Below are positions 39,801 to 51,076 of a DNA stretch of 64,000 bases, one piece after another (the first letter of the stretch is position 1; every line of letters starts with the position of its first letter). The position numbers and the translations under genes are program-made. This stretch comes from Macrostomum lignano. Lineage: Eukaryota. The stretch lies in the NCBI GenBank assembly GCA_002269645.1, contig NIVC01000814.1, forward strand, positions 248,001 through 312,000, written 5' to 3'. The notes under the pieces are model-generated. The model ran no database searches, was not told the origin of the DNA, and worked only from the letters and a program-made list of their open reading frames with translations.

Positions 39801-42800
39801 CCTCAACTGTACAGGGATATTCTTCCCTTGGTTGATTTTGTTCTTTCCCAGAACGACTTCAGACACGCGAGGCTGCAAAAAACAAGAGAAAGACGAAACG
39901 ATTTCAATATGAGTTTGACTAATGACCAGGATATGACCAGATGGGTCTGGCACTCTACCTACGAAGGCCAACTATATCCCAAAGCAAAAAGTATAATTGT
40001 AAACTGTCACAGCGTTGGCAAAGTCAGGGCCTGTGGCCACATCCCAGACTCACATCAAGCATCTCGTATTCAAAAGTGAAGTTCATGCCCGGCCGACCTT
40101 TGATTTCATAGTCCTTTCGCAGCGATATGTATCGGTGAATTGGAATGCCGCGAACAACGCGCTAGAAATGTTGAAAGGAATTGTTTTTGTAATATTTTTG
40201 CACTTTAAGCGACATTGTCACACAACCGGCGACAGGCATTACTGCCCATTCCGCCGACTCCCCTGAGCAGGCACACAAGAGCGCGGATACGTACGCAGTC
40301 GTACGCACAGGCACACACTCACACAGGAGTGTACAGCGGCCCTAACTTTATCGATCGTTAGGCATGTACACTTCACTGTGCCTTGGGGTTGGCCCTCAAG
40401 CTGGGCGCTAATTGCACGCTTTGACTCCTCGTCAGTAAAATTGTTTGCAATCGCAATTTTACTGATAAAAGTTAATTACTGTAAACTGTAAGACCTTTAC
40501 CTTGCCAGTAAACTGATAGGTCTCATCGATCCTGAACAAATCCTTGGGACTTCTCAGCTCGATAATGTCCCAGCCAGGCCGGTCCTTGATCGGTGGATCT
40601 TCAGTGTCGAAGAAGTCGTTAGAGATCGGCTTGTCGGTGCAGTTGCCGATCAGGTCGTCGATAAAATAGGAGATACCTGTTTAAATGATTTTTGAGATGG
40701 CAGTTTAGCTTGCTTGCATTGTAACTTTTGGCACCTTTATGACTGCGCCCATATCGCCGATCCCCTCACTCTCAAGGTGTAGAACGGTCGTGGGGTCCTC
40801 ATTGTCAACCCAATTTTTCACGATGAGGTTTAACTAAGTTAGTCTTAATTAAATTGAAAAGACTCTGTATACTCGTAGTAATGGCAACTTTCGTGTGGAT
40901 CGCACATCAATAGTGTTTCAGGGCGCAATCCCTCCTCATGAGATACTTCTTTTTTAATTTATTTTTTTCAAATTTGTGCTCAAAGCGTGCATGATTTAAT
41001 AGCCTGTTTGTTAGTCTGCTTCAATCAAAGCATTGCTAATTGCTTTTGTATCTGGAAACCGAAATAATAAACGAAACATTCGATTCTAAACCAATATGCT
41101 TAGTTTGCTTAATTCATAAATGGAAAATTTATGATCTTATTTATTTCTATCTTTTTCATAAATGGAAAATGGAAAATGGAAAATTTCGTTTGTAAATGGT
41201 ATACTTACCAGTAGTGAAATCCTGAATAACAGTCATTGAGCCAGGATTATAGAATGGCGGTTTGGTATCTCCATTGGGGTCTCTGAACTGGTACTTGACT
41301 AAGAATTGCGACCCATCGTAGTACACGTTGCCGTACTGCACCATCTCCAGGGCGGGATCGTGCACCAGCATCTCCTGGGTGTAGCTCATCACAGCTGGCA
41401 GCTCTGGCGGCTTCTGCACCTGCATCCGATCTTCGCAGTACACTCCGGTTGGGGTCTACAGATTGAGTTGCGGAGTTATTGATTGGAAAATTCAAATGAC
41501 GTTATGAACTTTGAAATTGTAGAAGTTTCCCTGTAGACCGATTGAAAAAAAACATTACATTTTTTCAACCTTTAAATTGACAGGTTGAGATAATAAGCTA
41601 GAGATTTATATTCATGATAGCAACAATAATAATACTTGTAGGAGGGCTATGAGGCCATCCTAGCTCAACGCATGCCAAATTAACATCGGAACGGAGCCAC
41701 GAGGTTAAATCAATAACTTAATTGAAACAGTCGATTGGAAACGCCGAGACATCCTGTCCGGGTCCCTTTCTTTTGCTCCCTTTCCTCGTATCCAGGGGGC
41801 AAGGGGGCCTCGCCCCCTCCCCTCCCAATGGGCTGGCAAAGACATGATGCCCTAAATGACACGTCAAACGGTCCTCGAGCACTGTCGTCCCACGTCAAGA
41901 GCACAGTAAGCAGCATTGGCCAAAAACTGATTAGTACAGTACTAGCTAGACCTACAGCAGTAAAACAAATCTCTGAACACCAAAACTCACGTCAAAGATG
42001 GTATTTTCAGCCATCAGTACGTCGCGAAACGACACAAAGTCGTAAATCATGTGAAACTTTCTCGGATTGCTAACGTCACCGGCCTCGCCAATGACTTCCG
42101 CACGAACTGGCAGGTTTACATCGTACGGCGTGTTCCAGCTGCTGGCTGCAACAGTCACGTAAGAGTCACAGTAAAAACTTGGTTTACACAATACTTCGTA
42201 ATAAGTTTAATAATTGTAGGAGAACTGCAAACAACCCTGGCGCAACGCCTTCGGTGAAATCGTTCCACGAGAAACGTTGACGGCGATTCTGGCCATTCCG
42301 CTCACTCCTAAGCACACAAGCGTGTCAATACTGTACACAGGCACGCAGTCATGCACACGCTCATACAGGGTGTACATCGGCCCTCTGACTTTCTAATCAG
42401 TCAGGCATGTACACTTTCTGGGCCTTCTGAGCAGTCATGACTGTGAATCGCACGACAACGCACGTCTTCGTACGGAATCGAACCTGGGGTCGTGACGCGA
42501 GACTCATACGCGTTTGCCGCTGAACTGCTCCGCCCCACTAGACTTACATACGTGTAGTGACCTTATGTAACATTTAAGTAATACCTGAAGGTCTTCAAAT
42601 TCTACCGAAGTTTTGGACTAAAATTTTGCTGAAATCTACTGGAAAGTTAAATCTGATAAACCTTTACATTTATTGTATCGTGTTTAACTGCACTATAAAG
42701 TACTTAAAAGGGTCACAGAAATGTTTTAAGCATCTTTTCGGGCCCTAACTTACCAGAAAAGTACCAGTGCACTTCAAAAACCGCCTTTCGTTCCTTCCAA

Positions 42801-43902
42801 GTCTGACAACTGTACCAATAGTCCACCGTGATGCCGCGAACTATCGATTTGTTGCGGTACTCCTGTCAAATATTAGACCGACCCCAAGGTTACTTGTTGA
42901 AATATTTTAAATGTACAATTAAACTCCTTCTAAGGAAACGGGTATCTATACTTACCATTCCAAATTCTTTGCTAAATCTAAGCATTAGTGCCGACGATGG
43001 CAGCAGTCTACCATCTACGCCGAACAGTAGATCCAAATCAGTCTTGCCAGTCATGTTGATCACGAGGCAGACCAGGTCATCTGCGGTTGCACGAAACACA
43101 TGCTGATAATTGTATTACCATAATTTAAAGTTCCAGCATGATAGCAGAACTCACTGAATATAACGTAGATCTCTCTGGTGGCATTGTTATAAATATAGTC
43201 GTCAATCTCTCCATCTTTTTGGTAGCGTCGGATCCTCACGTTTCCTAGGTAACCGTCAAACCATTCCTGAAATTCGTAAGTCTGATTCTTAGTGAGGATG
43301 TTCATCTCTATCCTAGTCTGGTAGGATGGTGGAATGTAGGGCAGGCCGACGCCCTCTGAAAAAGAAAGAATGAAAATAAAATGAGAAAATTAGGATTGCT
43401 TCAGGATAATTACGAGCGTATATTCGTTAAAATATACGAGTATGTATGCTTTCAAGATTAAGCTCTCCACGAGTCTTAGTAGTCTTCAATGCGTGGCAGT
43501 TGAACCGTCAAGACAAAGATATCAGAACCTTGTAAAGCAGACGTTGTACCGATGGAACATCAAGACAAAGCTACCAGAACCTTGCATAACAGACGTTGTA
43601 CCGATGGAACATCAAGACAAAGCTACCAGAACCTTGCATAACAGACGTTGTACCGATGGAACATCAAGACAAAGCTACCAGAACCTTGCATAACAGACGT
43701 TGTACCGATGAATAATCTAGTAAAAGCTATTAGAATCTCGAAAGAACCTCGTGTAGCTGAGGAACTCCCTATAAAACATGGTGCAAGCCTCACCTGTTGT
43801 ATTAACTTTCTGGCAGAATTCGCCATTGGCGAAGCCGCAGAATTGACACGAGATTACTGCCAGAGCCAACAGAATCCACGCTACAAGCTGTCGGATGGCC
43901 AT
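30870..43902 (-). CDS. Type I membrane protein: signal peptide, two predicted ependymin/LolA-like domains, linker, four PAN/apple domains, TM, short tail; 1043 aa, 15 exons
   Basis: Exons 43794-43902, 43155-43355, 42956-43080, 42754-42862, 41991-42145, 41209-41455, 40501-40676, 40054-40161, 39774-39872, 39431-39602, 37820-38002, 37075-37308, 36086-36526, 34198-34755, 30870-31084. All junctions GT-AG and in phase, total 3132 nt. Signal peptide MAIRQLVAWILLALAVISC; PAN Cys patterns (CAEAC...CKSFTYC...C; CAAAC...CRSFDIC; CSRRC...CNGFYYC; CLRRC...CNSVAFC); TM VATVLAVLGILLVSILVGMGFIGIYLY. The fold of the N-terminal half is inferred. Confidence 0.85.
31655..32255. repeat. 28-bp intronic minisatellite
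   Basis: Unit CAGGCACACGCTCACACAGGGTGTACAC; GGGTGTACA at 31712 and 31740. Confidence 0.95.
32820..34190. repeat. 31-bp intronic minisatellite
   Basis: Unit GATGCCTGAATTGAGAACCGGTGAGGGTTTA; abuts the minus-strand donor at 34197. Confidence 0.95.
34775..36055. repeat. 16-bp intronic minisatellite
   Basis: Unit GTGTCTTGATGTCTGA; fills almost all of the intron 34756-36085. Confidence 0.95.
36660..36945. repeat. 49-bp intronic minisatellite
   Basis: Unit TATCATACAGGTATAATTGCTGTTCTATTATCAGCAGGTGACTGGGCTA, ~6 copies. Confidence 0.9.
37380..37495. repeat. 15-bp intronic minisatellite
   Basis: Unit GCCCCTGGTGCTAAA. Confidence 0.85.
38115..39415. repeat. 29-bp intronic minisatellite
   Basis: Unit GTCAGCTGATCACTCGATTGTCTATGGAA; abuts the minus-strand donor at 39430. 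Confidence 0.95.
40205..40425. mobile_element. Dispersed headless repeat sharing the SINE family 2 core
   Basis: TAAGCGACATTGTCACACAACCGGCGA...AGGCATGTACACTTCACTGTGCC...AAGCTGGGCGCTAATTGCACG; near-identical to 46060-46335 (reverse complement) and 48478-48667. Confidence 0.75.
42235..42535 (-). mobile_element. tRNA-derived SINE family 2 copy
   Basis: Shares CTGGCGCAACGCCTTCGG.GAAAT and the core with 28525-28780; minus-strand B box GGTTCGATTCC near 42470-42485. Confidence 0.65.
43505..43710. repeat. 52-bp intronic minisatellite
   Basis: Unit GTACCGATGGAACATCAAGACAAAGCTACCAGAACCTTGCATAACAGACGTT, ~3.5 copies. Confidence 0.9.
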
Positions 43903-44884
43903 CTGTAGAGAAATTATTGAATAAACTGTCAGATTTCGATTTCGAGAGCAACTAACGAGCACTTTTTTCTCTTGTCTGTCCCTGGTGCCACCAGCTCCTA
44001 CAGAACGCAGGTGAGTTAAGCTAAACCAGATTTTATCAGTCCAGCTCAAGCAGCGTATGGACTCATAAGTTTGTTATCAGCTGCCATCTAGCAAGAGCTG
44101 GGCACATACCTGCAGCTATGCTTAAAAGCTTCAGAGCAAATAACTTAAAATTGTTTAAACTTTCTCCTGTGCATTAACTAGGTGGATTCTAATGTCTTAT
44201 CGTGAAGGTCAAAAGCTCAATTTATCATGACTGTTGCGTGCCCAAAGTGCTATTACCTTATTACCAAGGTCATTGGCAGGAATGCTCTGTCTCTACATTT
44301 AATTGCTAACCCGCATCTGTGGTACAGCTAGAAAAGGTTAACAAGGGTCACTCTGTTCGCACGAGCGGCACCAAGACCAAGCAGATACCACTTTTTAGTC
44401 CTAATTGTCGCTAAACTCATGCTAATTCATGCCAAATTTTATCATTTAAAGGTATTTTTAGCCTACGAAAATTTATAGAGTGCAGGAAAACATCAGTTAA
44501 ACTTCAGTAACATTTGTATATTAAGCTTAAAGTATATTAAGTTGTAAGCCGCGGACAGGTTTACGACTATGAGGCTAGCCTATAGCATACTCAAGCGAGC
44601 GGTTTAAGCGTTCATAAACTTCCGCTTTATGGAATAATGGATACGATAGAGTGGGCTACTTGCACCTGGGGGCCCCAAAGTCTCTAAGAACCTCGCAGAA
44701 TGCAGTGGAATTTTAACAAGTCAATCAATTCACCCTCTTCCTGCTGCTCAAAGGATTGAAAGCTCAGAGATCCATGTGCATGCAATCCATTCGCTTTTTA
44801 CTCTTGAAAAAAATCAGTCATAGCTGTATTACTGTCAGTAGCATTAACATATTTTCATAGAATGAAATAAAGATGGAACAAACA

Positions 44885-44925
44885 AACTAACAGAAATAAA
44901 GACAGACAGACAGACATACAGACAT

Positions 44926-45012
<87 letters not shown>

Positions 45013-45015
45013 GGC
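44885..45015. repeat. (GACA)n microsatellite
   Basis: Direct inspection. Confidence 0.95.
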
Positions 45016-45688
45016 AGAAACTCAGAGACATCTCCAGTATATACTTGAATATGTTTCACGGAACATATGAATACAGTATGCCTGGTTTCCATCTCTCCCC
45101 TCTTCTCTACCCCCTCTCCCTCTCCCAATCCGATCCAGCAGCCTCCTATAGCTGCTGGCCTTGCAAATACGCAGCTATTGATTGTATTGACAATCAACAC
45201 GAGGACTGCCGCGGATTGAAGGCCGTGTGCAGGACGTGATGCAAGGCAGACTCATTGTTCCTCGCTGAAGTGGGAGAAGGAGAGAGACTTGGGCGACGGC
45301 GAGGATGGCATACTGCTCGCAAAATATGGGCAAAAGAGAAAAGAGCTGGAAAGAGAAAAACAGGGTAGAGAACCAGGTAGGCTCAGTCTCCAGCTCTGCC
45401 ATCCCTTCAAAGCCGACCCTCGCCACTCAACAACAGAGCAGCAGTGGATGGTTGGCATAGCGATAGGGCGGAGGAAGGGGGGGCAAAAAAGCAGGGATGG
45501 AGGGGAAGGAAGCGCGCATAATATTGTTGATTTCCTCTCTGTCTAGCGTGGGCAGCGAGAAGCAGTTGCCACGGACGCGAGTGTAGAGTCTTCTTTCTCA
45601 CTGGCAGATTGCAACTATCATTCTCAATACTTGTATATCGCATCGTCAGTTTGATAGCAGCGGATTTTTTTTGTTTGCAGCAATAAGG

Positions 45689-48600
45689 ATGAGCGCTGCA
45701 CTGGTTGCTCATTCAGCAACGACTCAGTCAGGACAGCGAGAGCGCATCCGACGTCGCCTAGTTGACAGCGGCTTCCTGGATGTTGAACGGTCGAGCCTAC
45801 ACCGGGCACTAGACGAGGGTCGGTACCAGGCTGTGCTTTATCAGCTCAAATTAGGTATGGATCCCAATGTTCGAAGTCGGCATGGACTGACGCCTTTGAT
45901 GCGATGCGCCCAGGTAGGCAAAGGATCTGGAGGGATTGCTCTTTGATTGTACAGTTCGGTCCCTACTTAATTCTATGGGCAACTGAAGTTAGAAGTATAC
46001 GCTACGCCAAGGAAGCCTCTCTATATTCGCTTCGCTCCTTTGCGATCGCAAAGCTAGACTTTGCGCGAACGCGTTACAGGACGCTTTACTGTAGCGTCCT
46101 TCATGGGGTTTGTAGCTTGGCTCTGCTCGTGCAATTAACGCCCAGCTTGAAGGCCAACCCCCAAGGCACAGTGAAGTGCACATGCCCAACGATAAACAAA
46201 GCTAGGGCCGCTGTACACTCCTGTGTGAGTGCGTATGACTGCGTACGCATCCGCGCGCTTGTGTGCCTGCTCAGGGGAGTCGGCGGAATGGGCAGTAATG
46301 CCTGTCGCCGGCCGTGTGACAATGTCGATTAAAGTGCGCCAGACCCCTTGATCGAAAAAGAAAGTAGCTCTCTTCTAGGTCAGTTGTCCATGCGTCGTAA
46401 ACGCTACTACATGTATCGTAGTCATTATGCTTTGAGTTGAGTTCATTGTAAAAAATCAGCCTTTAGGATAATGCAATCGTCTATGGTTAAACCATGAGCA
46501 CATTTATTTATTTTTTTCACTTAAACTTCAGGATAATGATTTCAAACTCGGGATAATGGACGCCTATTTTTAGAAGAAACCGGAAAACACCAACAACAAA
46601 AGATTAGCGCTATGGAAAGTTAATTGTGCAGTATCAATATGGCGCAATTGTCATAGTGCCGAAGACCATTACAGATTTCAATTGTTGAAAGTGCAGTTGT
46701 TCATAATAAAGATATTCCGACCGTTCATCTGACGACCATGAGACACGCTCACTGCTTCTTTCACGATGGAACTTTGGATGCTGATGTCAGCAGGCATTGT
46801 TACTTGACCGTGGGTCGCGGCGCTTTGTCCCATGTTCAACGCACGCGACACTGCATCGCTGCATTGTTGCAGGGACTTGTCCCGTTTAACTGCCAGGTAG
46901 CGCCGGACCGTGCTCTCGGACTTTTGACCCGTGATAGCCATGATCTCGCTCATCGAATGCCCAGCCGATTCCAGGTCTCAAGAAAGTGCAAGAAGTTCAA
47001 AAAGTCTTCGTTATCCTTCATGTCCCTCTGAGATGTGGAAAGTCTTGAGATCCAATTGAGTTCGCTGCTAGATACGTTGGCTAAACTTTCGACAGGCAGA
47101 TTGCCCCAGTTGATCGGATATGACGTCTTGTTCTCCATGGCCAAGCGAATGTAGCTATTTACGTTTTATTCTCTCTTTCTCTCCACATCTCCTTCCTTTC
47201 CACCCTCTTAACCCCCAGCCTGTTTGCAACTTCGTTGTCTATGGCCCAAACTCCAGTAAACCACCTCAGTCTTTATGTCTCTCTCTCCTCGGTAACCCCT
47301 CTCTCCTTTCGATGTTCTTTTTGTCTATGGCCCCACTGAAATTCGACAATGGGGCCGGACTATTATCCTAAAGTCTCACTTACGAATAACCAACCATTGT
47401 GAGTTTAAAAATTGTCTATGGTTTTTGTCTATGGTTAAAAATTTGGCTTAATTTACAGTGAGTTTTTCACTGCTTCGCGTGATATAGAACCTGTGTTAGA
47501 CAGTTTTGCCAAGGTTAAATGCATTTCCAAGTGATTCTATCGCTATAATTTGCATTTGCGTTTTGTTTCATCATAATTCAAGTTTTTTAATGAATTTAAT
47601 GAATTTTCCAATTATCACCAAACAGGTGCGACCCCCATCGGCTAGTCTGCAGCTGATTCGGGCCCTACTCGATCGAGGCGCCGATCCGGATTTGACAGAT
47701 TCTTACGGCAACAATCTCCTTCAAGTGGCCGTGCGAGAGTCCAACATCGCTCTGGTCCGTCTTCTCCTAACCGAGAACAATGTGAACTTTCACCACCGGA
47801 ATGCCAATGGCGACACGGTGCTGCACCTGCTAGCTGGCCAATCGCCCGAACTGTGCCGGATGGTTCTGCGAGCAGCCAGGCGCTTCCATATCGACTGCGA
47901 TCAGGGCAACGCGGACGGCGTCACTCCGTTGATGGCCGCCTGTCGCGCTGGCAACCTGCCAGTGGCCCAGCTGTTTGCCAGCTCCGGCAGCGCCTCTTTC
48001 ACTAAGCGAGACCTTCGTCGACGTTGGACAGCCTACGATTGGCTGCGCACTGGCTTGGGCAGAGCTGGCGACAGCTCCGGCAAGCTCGACGAGATGCAAC
48101 CGCAGCAGCAGCAGCAATGGTTGCTTCGACTGCAACACCCGGAGTTAGCAGCCGAATCGGAGGCCGATCCCTATCAGCAGATTCGGGAGTCCAGGCGACT
48201 GGAAACTCTGTCGCGATTGTTCAATACGGCTCAGCCGCGACGCGACTCCGGTCAACCTGATGCCGATGAGGATCAACAAGACCAGCAGGGTAGTGAGCGC
48301 CAGACCGTCGCTGCAGCAGAGGCGCCTCACCTTCCGCCGGTTCCGGCCACTCGTCAGGCGTCTCAGCTGCAGCTGCTGGAAGACGCTCGCAGTCGAAGCA
48401 GTCAGAGCAGCTTCTGCCGAGCTGCCACTGCCGATTGTCGAATTAGCCAGGTGAGAGTCCTACGCTGTTTTCCGCTATAAGCGACATTGTCACACAACCG
48501 GCGAGAAGCATTTGCCCGGTCGGCAGGCACACAAGCGCGCGGACACGTACGGAGTCATACGCACAGGCACACACTCACACAGGAGTCTGCACAGCGACCC

Positions 48601-49696
48601 TAACTCCATTTATCGTTAGGCATGTACACTTCACTGCGCCTCGGGGCCCGGCCCTCAAGCTGGGTGTCTTGACTTACTTTACTTAGCTGCAGGGTGGTCC
48701 GTAGACACAGCGGGGAGGCGAGGGTCACCCATTCCGCTAGCCCCTGAAGGCCCGCAGACAGGCAGAGGCGTGGGGCCGGTCAGGGTGGTCCGCCAGTCCG
48801 TCCTGCAGCGTGATATTCTGTGGGGAAGAAAGTGGCTCGTCTTGTCGCCTAAAGGAACTGGATGAGCCGTGGGATGCTGTCGGGCTGGCAGACCTCGTCA
48901 ATGGACGGGTTCGGCCCTGAGGGAGCGTAGCCGGTCTCTGGTAAAGAAAGGGCAGTGATAAACAAAGTGCTTAGCAGGGTGTTAATTGCACGAGCGGAGC
49001 GAAGCCGAGATTCCAATTTAGCCTCAAATTAATATTTGACGGCACTTGGAGTCGAATCTGGGCCGCTGGCACATCAGAGCGCCGCGCTGGACGACTGGGC
49101 TACGGCCCTCTTTCATTAAAGCTATTCAAAGCCACTCATTAGGAGACAGGGGAGCCCAACAAGACGTCCCATGCTGGCAGCCCTTAGGGTTGCAACCACC
49201 TCTAATTAAAACTTCTACATTCTCCAATTAATTAGACGATGATGTACAATTCATTGTTGATCCATTCTACGAGCACATAGAATAATAGATACAATTGCTT
49301 CCGTGTGTTCCTCACGCGCAGGCCCGCTTAATCAGCGGCATATTCAACGCCTACGAGACGACGCTCACCGGCGGCTATCGTCGACCGGCGGTGCCGCTGC
49401 CAGCGTCTGCAGCCTTCGGAGTAGCGGACGGCGGCGCTGATCAGATTCGGCCGGGCTCGAGGCCGCACTCCCGGCTGAGCAGCGGCCGATCGCAGCGCAG
49501 CCCGTTGAACAATAGCAACAACAGCGGCTCGATGGCGCGCCGAATGACCGAGTTCGCCGGCGCTGGGATGCGTTTGAAGCAGCGACTCCGTAACGGGGCA
49601 CGAATGTCCGAGGCGGGGCCGGACACCGGCTCATCGCTGCTGCTCAACACCAGCCAGGATAGCGGAGGACTGCGGCGTCTGTCATCGAGGATTTAA
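45689..49696 (+). CDS. Ankyrin-repeat protein, ~474 aa, 3 coding exons
   Basis: Exons 45689-45913, 47626-48450, 49322-49696, all phase 0. Ankyrin motifs GLTPLMRCAQ, GADPDLTDSYGNNLLQVAV, NGDTVLHLLA, DGVTPLMAAC; low-complexity C-terminus. Confidence 0.85.
46060..46335 (-). mobile_element. Dispersed headless repeat (same family as 40205-40425), possibly Helitron-like
   Basis: Reverse complement of the 40205 copy; its far end carries an 8-bp-stem hairpin (AGGACGCT/AGCGTCCT) ~20 nt before a CTAG. Confidence 0.65.
46461..47373 (-). mobile_element. Decayed tyrosine-recombinase (Crypton-like) element
   Basis: Minus-strand peptide LESAGHSMSEIMAITGQKSESTVRRYL ending FIMNNCTFNN; 12-bp inverted repeats CTTTAGGATAAT (46461-46472) and ATTATCCTAAAG (47362-47373). 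Confidence 0.65.
48478..49005. mobile_element. Headless dispersed-repeat copy split by a LINE fragment
   Basis: 48478-48667 matches the 40205 family and resumes as TAATTGCACGAGCGG at 48983. Confidence 0.7.
48668..48976 (-). mobile_element. 3' fragment of a non-LTR retrotransposon
   Basis: Minus-strand AKHFVYHCPFFTRDR and, after a frameshift, PDSIPRLIQFL-stop; TAAGTAAAGTAAGTCAAG tail; GGGTGT duplicated at 48662-48667 and 48977-48982. Confidence 0.65.
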
Positions 49697-49821
49697 CAGA
49701 TCGATAGATGATTTAATAAATGATACCAGCTAGAATTTCGCTAAAATGACGTTTTTATAAAGTTTTTACTTAACTGAAATTACATTCCTAGGTAGTTGTA
49801 CATGTACAATTTGGATGTACA

Positions 49822-49935
49822 AGTGGTTAGAGCATCGGAGTCACGACTGAAAGGTCGGGGGTTCGATTCCCGCGACCCACTCGGAAAAATGTGTCCTTGA
49901 GCAAGACGCTTAACTCTGCTTTTCTTCAGTTTTAC
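49822..49935 (+). mobile_element. tRNA-derived SINE family 1, head fragment
   Basis: TGGTTAGAGC and GGTTCGATTCC boxes followed by GTGTCCTTGAGCAAGACGCTTAACTCT; no closing acceptor stem, so not a tRNA gene. Confidence 0.75.
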
Positions 49936-51076
49936 GAGTATATTATTATTATATTACATGTATTGTACATGCACATTGGGGTTTTATCCCACGCCGGTAA
50001 AATTATAAGGATCCTGGTACGTTATCTGCACATTATACCGGCCTCCAAAGATTACTCACACCGATTGTATACTGCAGTACATGGTCGATTTATAGCGATA
50101 CGCAAATATAAAAGAAAACTTAACTTACTTTTACTGGTATTCATATGTACCTTGGCAGTGTCTATAAAATACTATAATCTGTATATCTGTATATATATCT
50201 GTAAAATAAAATAAAAATTATTTTAAAAGTTAAGTAAATTGACCTCTCTGCGATATACTCGTATATAATTGCCATATTATTACATGTAGATACATGTACA
50301 TGTTAGAAGGGACAGGAAAACAATTGGTCAAACAAAAAAATTAGAAATAGAATAATTAGTTTGGAGATTATTCTGCATGATCACATGATTGATCACAATG
50401 GCCGGCTGTTCTACGTGTAGTTATTTTACTGGAGATAGCGACTTTTGCCAGCCTACGTTTGCCAGCCGACTTTGCCAGCGGGACGTTTGCCAACCGGTGT
50501 TTGCGAGCCGAGCCGTTTTTCCAACCGGCGTTTGCCAGCCGACGTTCGTTCTGGCCTGCAGGCCGGGTTCGATTTCTAGCAAGTAGAACAGTGATAAATC
50601 GTACTTTTTCTCACCTTGACTGCCATGAGATTCGCGCTAAAGAAACAATGAAAGAATTCGGCCCCGCACTAATTAATCATGGCAGTCTAATCTAATTAAT
50701 TAGCCAATTGTGGACCTGTTAAATTACTGTACTATAGGCCTAACTGCTCACTCACAGTGAGCGCACAAAGTGTTACCTTTTTTGGGACACCCGTTATATT
50801 CGTATGTCAGCATCAGTAGGTATGATGCAAAAAGTCTATTCACCATAGACATCTGCTGACTTCAGGAAAGTCGTTAACGTCGGCAGATATGAAACTCAAG
50901 TACGGATTTCTTTCAGTAGAAGTTTAACAAAATAACTGCCATAACTAACCCTGCATTAAGCCCAAGCATAGAGGAGACGAATTAATTTTAATATAATGGC
51001 CAATTTATTTGTAAATATCTGCATATTTATTGTACAAATTTCTCATTTTAATCTGTACATGAAAAAATGTACATGT

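Noticed and set aside
43103-43105. First AG as the acceptor of exon 3 of the PAN-domain gene
   Set aside because: Wrong phase; the AG at 43081-43083 restores the frame.
45045-45546. Short ORFs on both strands between the divergent genes
   Set aside because: No motif or coherent model; more likely UTR or promoter sequence.
49822-49880. tRNA gene candidates (also 27985-28052 and 28700-28775)
   Set aside because: A and B boxes are present but they run into SINE bodies and lack a closing acceptor stem.
50406-50591. Possible MITE with CTGTTCTAC inverted ends and internal TTTGCCAGC repeats
   Set aside because: The inverted match is only 9-12 bp and I could not find a convincing TSD.
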